Shown here piece by piece: positions 16,667 to 25,445 of a DNA stretch of 64,000 bases; position 1 is the stretch's first letter, and each line of letters begins with the position of its first letter. The notes below the pieces were generated by a model that saw only the letters and a list, made by a program, of their open reading frames with translations, was not told the origin of the DNA and did no database searches. This DNA is from a virus (Duplodnaviria > Caudoviricetes): positions 7,822 through 71,821 of the IMG/VR virus record IMGVR_UViG_3300047561_001900. The stretch is one strand, 5' to 3'. A program made the translations under genes and the position numbers.

Positions 16667-16843
16667 AAAGGTAACACTTTAACTTTCCATGATGAGAAGA
16701 AGGTCGCTTTAACACGCGATACAATAGGACAAGCCGCAATGAATGCGGCTTTTTTTATGGTCAATGGTATTCTTTGGTTATTATTCTTTCCTTATGAGTT
16801 TTATCTGAAGCTAGAAAGATCTTTGAAGGCTTTAAAAAAATAG
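16664..16843 (+). CDS. 59-aa putative membrane/leader peptide
   Basis: MKGNTLTFHDEKK...FFMVNGILWLLFFPY; start at end of the repeat. Confidence 0.5.
   Translation: MKGNTLTFHDEKKVALTRDTIGQAAMNAAFFMVNGILWLLFFPYEFYLKLERSLKALKK
16731..16757 (+). terminator. Intrinsic-terminator-like hairpin inside the leader ORF
   Basis: AAGCCGCA-ATGAA-TGCGGCTT followed by TTTTT. Confidence 0.6.
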
Positions 16844-16847
16844 ATTT

Positions 16848-17594
16848 ATGAAAACAATAACAACAACAATACAATCCATGAAACCCAAATCCCTCCTATC
16901 CCTGGCCTGCACACTCGTGTTGCTTTGCCTTGGTGGCCAGGCAAATGCAGCATTGACCGTAATCAATGGTGACTTTAGCAACCTGACAGGCCTAACTTAT
17001 GTGGGAGGCCCTTGGTATTCTGGCGTTCCCTTTGGTTGGAACACTGACTTTACAAACACAATCTACACAGTCAAATATACTGGCATCACTAATGGCGCTT
17101 ATGATTATGTTGCCAACTTGTCTCAGCTCACCTCTACGTCTCCTAATTTCTATGCTCTCTCTCAAAGCGTCGGAACTACGGATTATACAGGCGATGTCAC
17201 CGTAAAATTTGATTTAGCAAACATTAATGGCGGTGGATATGATGTTGGTGTTGCTATCTTCCAAGGCCCTAATTCCAACACTCTCCTTGCGAATCGTAGC
17301 ATTCAGGACGTGTTCCCCGATGCTAACGGGGTTCCTCAAAACGGTGTTGGAACATTTGAGCTTACAGCATTGAATGTCGCCTCTGGAAGCTTGCTTCAGA
17401 TCGCTTTCTGGACAACTGGAGGCACTCCTTCTCTTGATAATGTTCAAGTTTCTATAATCCCTGAACCTACAACATTAGATTTAATCTCGCTACCAGTAAA
17501 GGTAGGTCTTTACATGGTGGATACCATCTCAAAGAATATTTACACATGTGGAATAAACCCTAGAAAGTTTAATGCGCTAACCATTGTGTACTAA
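16848..17594 (+). CDS. PEP-CTERM-type surface protein with degenerate sorting tail
   Basis: Signal peptide ending ANA; IIPEPTT present but not followed by a clean TM helix and basic cluster. Confidence 0.7.
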   Translation: MKTITTTIQSMKPKSLLSLACTLVLLCLGGQANAALTVINGDFSNLTGLTYVGGPWYSGVPFGWNTDFTNTIYTVKYTGITNGAYDYVANLSQLTSTSPNFYALSQSVGTTDYTGDVTVKFDLANINGGGYDVGVAIFQGPNSNTLLANRSIQDVFPDANGVPQNGVGTFELTALNVASGSLLQIAFWTTGGTPSLDNVQVSIIPEPTTLDLISLPVKVGLYMVDTISKNIYTCGINPRKFNALTIVY

Positions 17595-17597
17595 TTT

Positions 17598-18344
17598 ATG
17601 AAGAAAACAACAAACATAATAAAGAGGGCATTGAGCTTTATTGCCGCTGCTTTCATTGCAACTGCAGCTAGTAATACACAGGCAACTACTGTGTATTGGA
17701 ATAATGACAATGGATATGGAGACCGCACATGGTCGGACGATTACAATTGGAATGGTGGTGCTCCCACTAGCCAGGATAATGCCCTGATCATGGGAACTGA
17801 ATGGAATATTAGTCTCAACAACATGCCAATTGTAAATTCTGCGAATAACTTTGCAAATCAAATTTATGTACGCGCAGGGGCAGGCATATCAATTGTTACA
17901 GATGGATTGCTCACTGCAAACGATCTAATCACAGGCTTAGATGGCAATTCAAATGTTGTTGATATTTCAGGAGGCCTTCTAACATTAACAGGTATTTTAA
18001 ATCTTGGTGCTGGCGGTCATGATGGCAAGGTGAACATATCAGGTGGAAGCTTGGTTACAAAAGGTCTTTCCATTAATACTATAGGAGGTGCAGGGGTAAA
18101 TATAGGTCAATCTGGAGTATTTGTTGTTGAATACACTGCTGCTAATCTGAGCAATATCAATTATTGGATTGGAGTAAATGCTATTACTGCAAATGGTGGC
18201 ACTGGAATAGTGGATGTAAATACCACCACTTACGCAGATAAAATTGTTCTCAGTGCAATACCAGAACCCAGCATCTATGCAAGTTTTGGCATGGGGCTTG
18301 TTGCTCTAATTTCAGTACACAGGTTCAATAAAAAAAGGATATAA
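17598..18344 (+). CDS. PEP-CTERM protein
   Basis: Signal peptide; C-term AIPEPSIYASFGMGLVALISVHRFNKKRI. Confidence 0.85.
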   Translation: MKKTTNIIKRALSFIAAAFIATAASNTQATTVYWNNDNGYGDRTWSDDYNWNGGAPTSQDNALIMGTEWNISLNNMPIVNSANNFANQIYVRAGAGISIVTDGLLTANDLITGLDGNSNVVDISGGLLTLTGILNLGAGGHDGKVNISGGSLVTKGLSINTIGGAGVNIGQSGVFVVEYTAANLSNINYWIGVNAITANGGTGIVDVNTTTYADKIVLSAIPEPSIYASFGMGLVALISVHRFNKKRI

Positions 18345-18348
18345 ATTT

Positions 18349-20817
18349 ATGAAAACAACAAACATAATAAAGAAGGCATTGAGCTTGATTGCCGCTGCTT
18401 TCATGACAACCGCAGCCAACAATGCCCAAGCAGTAGTATTCCTATGGAACAACAGCGGCTCAAACTGGACATCACCCACCAGCTGGACCAATGGCATACA
18501 ACCATCATCCACCAGTTCCAGCACCACCACAGATGAAATTCAGTTTGGTAATGTTGGAGTGAGTAATAATACAGTCATACTCACTTCTACTAGAGCTGCA
18601 AGAAACATCACATTCCTAACTAATGCGAATGCATATGCAATCAACAGCTTCAATGGTGCACAAACTGTATCATCTAGTGGAGGTATTACAAATAACTCCA
18701 CTGCTACTCAAACATTTAATATATTAGTAGAAAATGCTAACGCCAGCAACACTTGGTATCAAACTGCAGGTGGTGCATTATTATTCAATAATGTGGCTTC
18801 ACTCACCACTGCTTCTTCTGCCACATCCAGAACTTTAACTCTGGCAGGAGATGGTGCATTCACATTCAACAATGAATTGAAACAAGGCGGTACATCCACA
18901 GCAGGCATAGTCAAATACATTGGAGCAGGCACTGTCACAATGAATGGCACCAACACACTGGGTGGTGGTTTTGAAATAACAGGAGGAGGCACAGTTGTTG
19001 TGAATGGGGGCACTGGTGTGGGTCAAGGCTTAATAACCATGTCAAATGGCACTTCAAAACTAGTAGTCAATTCAGCTAACGGGTTATCTGTTCAGAATAG
19101 TTTCAAAGGGTCCAGCAGTCTAGCCAACATGAGCACTGTGGATCTGGCTGGGTCTAATTCTGTTGCTGTTACCACTTATGCTATTAACCAATATCAAGGC
19201 GGTAACATGAACTTCACCAATCATGGTGGATACAAAACACTGTTACAGTTTACTAATGCTGCTAATACATTAACTCCATCTTCAGGTTCAGGTGGAGGCA
19301 GAAGATTGTTCAACAACAGCACCAATTTAACTGTGCAGTTTGATGGTACCATGGACATTGGAGGCACAGTTGCAGATACAAGTCTTGTGGGTGGTGTGGG
19401 TGATTTTCTGTTCAAAGGATCTGTGTTCAATACAGCTACTGCACTCAGAGGATTGACCAAGTCAGGCACAGGCACAGCCACCTTTCAAGCAGTCAATGCT
19501 TACAATGGTGACACCACCATACAAGAGGGTACATTTGTAGTGGATACTGCTGGTTCCATTGCTTCCAGTGCTGCCATAATATCAGGGGGCACTTTGCGTG
19601 TCAAAGGCACAGCTGGCACAGTGGCTGCTAACAGTGGAAGCTTGATAGTGGACAGCACAGGCACCATTGGCAACACTTCCATTGGGGTGAGTACCACAGT
19701 AACCATGGATGGCACAGCAGGCACCATAACACAAGGTGGAGGCACTTTGAACTTGAGAGGAACTGGCAGCACATTCTCCATGTCTGCAGGCACTGCCACA
19801 GTGTACAGTGGAGCATTTCTGGGTGCTTCCACTCTCACAGGAGGCAGCTTGCTTAACAGTGGCACAGTTGGGGAGACAACCATTGCCACAGGCAGCACAT
19901 TTGATGTGAAGACAGGGGGTACTGCTTCCAAGGCCACTGTGAATGGAGGCACTTTGATTGTGGGAGGATCTGTGGGGCAAACTGTTGTAAACTCTGGCAC
20001 AGCCACCATCAATTCCGGTGGCAATGCAGGCACAACAACTATCAATGGCAGCACATTGGATGTGTATGGAAACACTGGTGTATCCACTGTTAACACAGGA
20101 GGCACACTCAATGTGAAAACTGGTGGCAGTCTGTTAGGCGCTGCCACTGTGGGTGGAGGCACATTGTTGGTGAGTGGAACTGCTGGTAGAGTCATAATCA
20201 ATTCTGGCACTGCCACTGTTAATACAGGTGGTGCCATTGACAGTACCACTGTGAATGGTGGTCTGTTGTCTGTGAATGGCACTGCAGGTGATATTTTAGT
20301 TAAAACTGGAGGCACTTTGGGTGGCTCTGGTAGTGTGCAAGGACTCACACTCAATGGTGGTACTGTGGCCCCAGGCAACAGCCCGGGTCTGCTCACTGCC
20401 TATGAGTTAAATGGCAGCAATGGAACATTTGCTTTCCAATTGGGAGCCCCCACTACCAGAGGAGTCACTTATGATGGCATTGATGTGACCACATTGCTCA
20501 CTCTGGGCACCAGCACTGCATTCACATTTGAAACTTTGGACAGTTACACATATGCCATGGGAGACGTTTATGACTTGTTCAATTTTGCATCCATAGAAGC
20601 ATCTGCATTTGATAGTGCAGTGCTATTGGCTGCTCTGCCTGACTTGAACACTGCCAGTTCTGACTTGAAGTGGAATGTGAGCAACTTCACCATGGATGGC
20701 ACAGTGGGTGTCATTCCTGAGCCCTCCACTGCATCACTGTTGTTAGGGGGAGGTGCCAGTTTGATTGCTCTCAGAGTCATGAGGAGAAACAAATGCAAAC
20801 ACCAAGCACACTCTTAA
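18349..20817 (+). CDS. Large PEP-CTERM protein with autotransporter-associated beta-strand repeats
   Basis: GLTKSGTGT...YNGDTTIQEGT repeat, G/T-rich beta-helix, VAPGNSPG; C-term VIPEPSTASLLLGGGASLIALRVMRRNK. Confidence 0.9.
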   Translation: MKTTNIIKKALSLIAAAFMTTAANNAQAVVFLWNNSGSNWTSPTSWTNGIQPSSTSSSTTTDEIQFGNVGVSNNTVILTSTRAARNITFLTNANAYAINSFNGAQTVSSSGGITNNSTATQTFNILVENANASNTWYQTAGGALLFNNVASLTTASSATSRTLTLAGDGAFTFNNELKQGGTSTAGIVKYIGAGTVTMNGTNTLGGGFEITGGGTVVVNGGTGVGQGLITMSNGTSKLVVNSANGLSVQNSFKGSSSLANMSTVDLAGSNSVAVTTYAINQYQGGNMNFTNHGGYKTLLQFTNAANTLTPSSGSGGGRRLFNNSTNLTVQFDGTMDIGGTVADTSLVGGVGDFLFKGSVFNTATALRGLTKSGTGTATFQAVNAYNGDTTIQEGTFVVDTAGSIASSAAIISGGTLRVKGTAGTVAANSGSLIVDSTGTIGNTSIGVSTTVTMDGTAGTITQGGGTLNLRGTGSTFSMSAGTATVYSGAFLGASTLTGGSLLNSGTVGETTIATGSTFDVKTGGTASKATVNGGTLIVGGSVGQTVVNSGTATINSGGNAGTTTINGSTLDVYGNTGVSTVNTGGTLNVKTGGSLLGAATVGGGTLLVSGTAGRVIINSGTATVNTGGAIDSTTVNGGLLSVNGTAGDILVKTGGTLGGSGSVQGLTLNGGTVAPGNSPGLLTAYELNGSNGTFAFQLGAPTTRGVTYDGIDVTTLLTLGTSTAFTFETLDSYTYAMGDVYDLFNFASIEASAFDSAVLLAALPDLNTASSDLKWNVSNFTMDGTVGVIPEPSTASLLLGGGASLIALRVMRRNKCKHQAHS

Positions 20818-21452
20818 AGCATTTAAAACCATTGATGTGCCAAGGCTTCACATTAGTTGAAATGGCTGTGGTCATAGTTATAATGGGATTATTGATGACC
20901 ATTTTATTTCCAGGATATGCAGCTGTTAAGCGCAAGTCATCTCAAGCTGCTTGTGCATCCAACATGAAGCAAGTAGGCACATCAATTGTGTTGTTTGCAG
21001 CAGATAATGATGGTTGGCTTCCACCTGGACCTAGCGGTCAGACAATCAATTCGTTCATTAGTGATTCCAGATTTGGAGCTAATACATCCAATGTTGTAGA
21101 CACATCTAATCTGGAATATTATCTTACAAATTATATCACCACTACATCTCTAGGTAAAAAGAGAAAAGGCAATCCAGTTTTTTCATGCCCGGCTCATGAT
21201 GAAAAGCGACCTTTGATTTGGAAGAGAGGATCTTGTTTTGGTGGATCAGGCGGGCAATATGGTACACAAAATTCTGAAAAACTAATTGCAGTAGATACAA
21301 ATGATTATTTTCTGGTTGACTTCACTAAAGCTTTTACCAATCATTCTACTGCATCTTTAGATCGGACAATTAAAAATCCACATGGAGCAACCAGAAACCT
21401 GCTAAGAACAGATGGCAGTGTGACCACAGAACTGGATACAAAGGCCAGGTAA
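20793..21452 (+). CDS. Prepilin-type N-terminal cleavage/methylation protein with H-X9-DG motif (DUF1559-like)
   Basis: G|FTLVEMAVVIVIMGLL, CASNMKQVG, C-terminal H-GATRNLLRT-DG. Confidence 0.9.
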   Translation: MQTPSTLLKHLKPLMCQGFTLVEMAVVIVIMGLLMTILFPGYAAVKRKSSQAACASNMKQVGTSIVLFAADNDGWLPPGPSGQTINSFISDSRFGANTSNVVDTSNLEYYLTNYITTTSLGKKRKGNPVFSCPAHDEKRPLIWKRGSCFGGSGGQYGTQNSEKLIAVDTNDYFLVDFTKAFTNHSTASLDRTIKNPHGATRNLLRTDGSVTTELDTKAR

Positions 21453-21916
21453 TGGAGTATGTGTCTTTATCACAGGCTATTAAGAGCGCTTCAAATCTTA
21501 ATGCACCTTCCACAGAGTATCTTAATAATTTCCTACCTGCTTATAAAAAGTACCATCACAGGCAAAATTTCAGAAGAACAGTTTGCAAAATTGGTTCAGG
21601 CTTTGCAGCGTTTATAGTTGCATGTTTCTGTTATGCATCTATAAATAATCATAACAAGCTGGACATTGACACAGCTTCAGGAACAGACATGGCACAACAC
21701 AACACACATGGCAAGCAAGTGGTATTTGAAGGTGATGTAAGAGCTGTAACTGACTTCATGAGAGAACATGTGAAAGAGAAGACCAAGACTTTGCATTTGC
21801 GCGATTATTTTGAATCAGATGTGTGGGGGGTGTATGTGGAAGGGGAAGACAAGTTCCGCTACTATTATCAATGCTTAGGACATGGCAGATATGCAGTTTT
21901 TGTCATCAATGAATAA
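21452..21916 (+). CDS. Single-pass membrane protein, anti-sigma-like
   Basis: N-terminal PSTEYLNNFL...HHRQ segment, then TM helix GFAAFIVACFCYASI, then extracytoplasmic domain. Confidence 0.5.
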   Translation: MEYVSLSQAIKSASNLNAPSTEYLNNFLPAYKKYHHRQNFRRTVCKIGSGFAAFIVACFCYASINNHNKLDIDTASGTDMAQHNTHGKQVVFEGDVRAVTDFMREHVKEKTKTLHLRDYFESDVWGVYVEGEDKFRYYYQCLGHGRYAVFVINE

Positions 21917-22283
21917 GATACCTCTTGTTGTTGGTATTTGTCTTGCTGGTTGTATTTTTTACACTGCATACAGCCCACATGCATCCATGGTGAAACAACA
22001 AATAGATACATATGGCATGGATTTTGAATATGTGACACCAGAAGGCTCTTGTTTCACTCAAAATATAGAACCCATTGGTCATGACAGCCACAAATACATT
22101 TTAAGCTTGGGCAAACCTGTCAAGCCTGCAATTGCAGAAGAGCCTTTGTATGTGATGGTGGGGTACACCATGAAACAAGTGCGTCTGAAAAATAAATCTA
22201 ATGTTTTACAGTCTCAACTGTCTAATACTTTATATGATAAAGCCATTAATTATCCTGGTTCTGCTGGCTCTGATGGGTCATAG
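21909..22283 (+). CDS. Small exported/membrane hypothetical protein
   Basis: MNKIPLVVGICLAGCIFY hydrophobic N-terminus; reads through the 51-bp repeat. Confidence 0.55.
   Translation: MNKIPLVVGICLAGCIFYTAYSPHASMVKQQIDTYGMDFEYVTPEGSCFTQNIEPIGHDSHKYILSLGKPVKPAIAEEPLYVMVGYTMKQVRLKNKSNVLQSQLSNTLYDKAINYPGSAGSDGS
22186..22236 (+). repeat. 51-bp direct repeat copy 2, upstream of FecR gene
   Basis: Matches 16616-16666. Confidence 0.9.
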
Positions 22284-23106
22284 TGCCATTGCTTCTGTTG
22301 TTTCATTTGTAAAAAATGATGTGCACAGCATCAAAGCTACAAACAAAGTTGCAGCTGCTCTAAACGACAAATTAGAATCTGACACTCAAATAGGCACAGG
22401 AGACAAGAGCATGTGTGAATTGTCATTTGATGACAAGTCTGTAACACGCATAGGAGAACATTCTGTCTTCTCATTCCAGGAACAAGAGCGTTTGATCAAA
22501 TGTGGTGATGGTAAGTTTCTGGTGTCCAAAGATCCTGACACAGCACCCATCACTGTTACTGCAGGTGGTGTCACTGCTGCTATTGCTGGCAGCACTGTGT
22601 TGTTTGATGTGAAAGGTGGCATAGCCCATGTGGCTGTGGTGGAAAGCACTACAGGTGTGACTGTGACTGATGCAAATGGCAAAGTTGTTACTCTGCAATC
22701 TGGTGAAGGCATTGCTGCTGCACCAGGTGGCTTGACATCCTCAGCGCCTCGTCCTGTGGATGTGAAGGCAATGACTGAAGCATCACCGCTGTTCACTGAA
22801 GCAGGATTGGCTCCTCTGGCCAATGCAGCTGCAATCAAAGGGGTAGTGGGTGCTCAAGATATTGCCAAACAAGCAGGTGCATCCTTTGCCAGTGAAATCA
22901 ATGATGTGATGTCTGGTAAGATGGATGGTGCCACTGCATTGGCCAAGAATGCTGGCATGGATGTGCCTGATATTGATACTGCTGCAGGTGCTGAGACAGC
23001 TTCCAGCAACAACAATTCAACACCACCAAACACACCACAACCAAATCTGCAACAAGTGCCACCGGTCAATTCTAGACCCAACCCATTTGAAGCTACACCC
23101 ATTTGA
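22234..23106 (+). CDS. FecR-domain exported protein
   Basis: Signal peptide MIKPLIILVLLALMGHSAIA; IGTGDKSMCELSFDDKSVTRIGEHS and TAAIAGSTVLF FecR-like strands. Confidence 0.8.
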   Translation: MIKPLIILVLLALMGHSAIASVVSFVKNDVHSIKATNKVAAALNDKLESDTQIGTGDKSMCELSFDDKSVTRIGEHSVFSFQEQERLIKCGDGKFLVSKDPDTAPITVTAGGVTAAIAGSTVLFDVKGGIAHVAVVESTTGVTVTDANGKVVTLQSGEGIAAAPGGLTSSAPRPVDVKAMTEASPLFTEAGLAPLANAAAIKGVVGAQDIAKQAGASFASEINDVMSGKMDGATALAKNAGMDVPDIDTAAGAETASSNNNSTPPNTPQPNLQQVPPVNSRPNPFEATPI

Positions 23107-23226
23107 GCTTGACTCATCTTAATTACACACTTTTGCATAAGTAATATTACCAGACAGGCTTTTATCGCATTTCAAATTGAATTAACCACAGCCGATGCAA
23201 CAACCATCATTGACATAAGAAATGCA

Positions 23227-24222
23227 TTGAGTGCTGCTCCTCTGAGCATGCCTTTGACATCTCAATACTATGTGGATGCCAACAGAACTGATGATTACAC
23301 ACAAGATGGCAACATATTAACACCATACAAAACATTGAGTGCTGCTTATGCAGCTGCAAAAATTGGAGCCACCAGACTCAATCCCAAGTACATCAACTTG
23401 CTCAGCAGCATCACTGAAAATCTCACCATGGACACCGGTTATGTGGGATTGCAAGGATTCACCAATTCTGGTGTAAGAGCTCCCTTGTATTTGAATGGCA
23501 CCATCACCATTGCTCCTACTGCAGGCATCATCACTGACAATTTTTTTGGCATTACAAATTTGGCCATTCTCAAACCTGAAGTGACCAGTGGCAATTGCAT
23601 TGATGTGCTGGGAGGTGCTGTACCCCTGAGAGTATTCCTGGAATCTGTTTGGCTTCAAAATGGAAGCACTGGTTCTTTTGGGGTAAACATTAATAACACT
23701 GGTGCATCAAGTGTTGTTAATGGGCAACTGTGTCAATTCAGCCCTTTTGCCACTGGTGGCGGTATCAATGTGATAAATGGCATTTGCAACATGAGCATTT
23801 GTGATTCCACTGCAGGTGGTGCTGCATGTGTGGCTATGTTCAATGTGCAGAGTGCAGGTGTGCTCAATTTTACAAACTGTCAGTTGGAAGGAACAGCTCA
23901 ACAAATGATAAATTGTGTGGGAGGCACCTATGCAATTAGCAATCTGATCATGACTCAGACCTTGATCACAAACAGTCTGGCCACTGGCCATGGCATCACA
24001 CTGAGTGCAGGTGCCATAGCCAACTTGGCTAATAGTGGTTTCAACATACTCACTGGCGCTGGAGCCAAAGCAATCAATGGTGTGCAATCTGCCAATCTTG
24101 CCACACTGCCATTTTCTCTGGTGTTCTTCAGCAATGTATCTTTTGCCAATGCCCCAGGCACCACACTGGTGAGAAACACCACTGTCACCACCAACAAGGC
24201 TGCTTATTCAGTCATGAGTTAA
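23227..24222 (+). CDS. Beta-helix (pectin-lyase-like) protein, possible tail/receptor-binding protein
   Basis: YYVDA...DGNILTPYKTLSAA motif, N/G-rich repeats; frame stays open upstream to 23113. Confidence 0.6.
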   Translation: MSAAPLSMPLTSQYYVDANRTDDYTQDGNILTPYKTLSAAYAAAKIGATRLNPKYINLLSSITENLTMDTGYVGLQGFTNSGVRAPLYLNGTITIAPTAGIITDNFFGITNLAILKPEVTSGNCIDVLGGAVPLRVFLESVWLQNGSTGSFGVNINNTGASSVVNGQLCQFSPFATGGGINVINGICNMSICDSTAGGAACVAMFNVQSAGVLNFTNCQLEGTAQQMINCVGGTYAISNLIMTQTLITNSLATGHGITLSAGAIANLANSGFNILTGAGAKAINGVQSANLATLPFSLVFFSNVSFANAPGTTLVRNTTVTTNKAAYSVMS

Positions 24223-24500
24223 TGAGCATGGGCGAGAGTTAAGTTACCACCTCTAAACAAAAGGTCTCTTCTAGGTCCCCTAAAAGTTATTTCATTATCA
24301 TAACTAAAATCAACTTCACCACCACCACCATCATATCCTCCTGTGGCAGTGTCTGCTGAATGTGCATGCAACATGCTTTCTTCTTCAAGCATGCGCTCAA
24401 AAATGAGTTTTTTTTGCAGTTGTCTTTTATTGCATGCAATCACAACAGGTTGTGTAGGCCTCTTGTCATGTTGCTGCAATGCATGCACATACATGTTCAT
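24219..24500 (-). CDS. Hypothetical late protein
   Basis: CTTAAATA-N5-ATG at 24500. Confidence 0.55.
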   Translation of the reverse strand: MNMYVHALQQHDKRPTQPVVIACNKRQLQKKLIFERMLEEESMLHAHSADTATGGYDGGGGEVDFSYDNEITFRGPRRDLLFRGGNLTLAHAH

Positions 24501-24514
24501 ATGTTTATTTAAGC

Positions 24515-24542
24515 TTGACACATCTGATAAAGCCTGCATAAT
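24515..24542 (+). promoter_or_regulatory. Early promoter
   Basis: TTGACA-N16-CATAAT-N6-ATG(24549). Confidence 0.75.
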
Positions 24543-24548
24543 CACTTG

Positions 24549-25445
24549 ATGCTGTTGTCATTGTGTTGCCAGAGTAACGTTCTTAATGAACAAGGTGTGA
24601 AGTTTCGCACCATGACTGTGACTCAATTCAAGAAAAAGCCTATCAATGAATCCCTGGATGTGCTGTGTCATAGAATCATAGAGAACTTTGAGACGCTAAA
24701 GACCACAGTAGAATTGTGTAAGAGCATGCGTCTGGCTGGTCTGCGCATTGGTAGTGACTTGATACCTGTGATCAATCATCCAGATCTTAATCTAGATCTT
24801 CATAAACTACCCATGCAAGATGAAATGATGCATGCCATCAATGCAGCTAAGACTTGCATACAACAATCTGGATTGCGCTTCTCTGCTCATCCTTCTGAAT
24901 TTATTAGTCTCACATCTGATAACCCTCGAGTGGTGGCCAACAGCATTCGTGATTTGAAAGCTCATGCATTGGTGTTTGAATTGCTGGCATTGCCTGAATC
25001 ATATGAAGCTCCTTTCAACATTCATATTCGCAAAGATGGTGATGCAGAAACAATCTATGCAAATGTGGTACGCAGTTTGAAGCAATGCCCTGCAAATGTG
25101 ACCAGGCGATTGGTGTTTGAGAACAATGACAACAGAAAGGGTGTGTGGAGCATCAGCAATCTAGTGAAATATTTTCATGCACGTGAAGGTATTCCTATTA
25201 CGTTTGACACATTGCATCACAAAATGTTGCCAGGTGGTTTGTCTGAATCTGAAGCATTTCATCTGGCCCATGGCACATGGCCTGTGATGCCCATATTCCA
25301 TTATTCAGAAGGCATTGGTGAAACTCGCAAGCATGCAGATTATGCATGTCATATGCCTCCTGATTATGGTAAACCTGTGGTATGGGAAGTGGAGCTCAAA
25401 GCCAAAGATAGAGCCATCAACAAGATCATGGGCATGATGTCATGA
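24549..25445 (+). CDS. uvsE: UV DNA damage endonuclease (UvsE/UvdE)
   Basis: RFSAHPSEF, LVFENND, ITFDTLHH, IFHYSE, HADY, VELKAKD motifs. Confidence 0.9.
   Translation: MLLSLCCQSNVLNEQGVKFRTMTVTQFKKKPINESLDVLCHRIIENFETLKTTVELCKSMRLAGLRIGSDLIPVINHPDLNLDLHKLPMQDEMMHAINAAKTCIQQSGLRFSAHPSEFISLTSDNPRVVANSIRDLKAHALVFELLALPESYEAPFNIHIRKDGDAETIYANVVRSLKQCPANVTRRLVFENNDNRKGVWSISNLVKYFHAREGIPITFDTLHHKMLPGGLSESEAFHLAHGTWPVMPIFHYSEGIGETRKHADYACHMPPDYGKPVVWEVELKAKDRAINKIMGMMS

Noticed and set aside
17460-17594. Frameshift restoring a canonical PEP-CTERM tail in ORF 16848
   Set aside because: The alternative frames after IPEPTT give an immediate stop or a non-hydrophobic peptide, so no hidden TM/basic tail is present.
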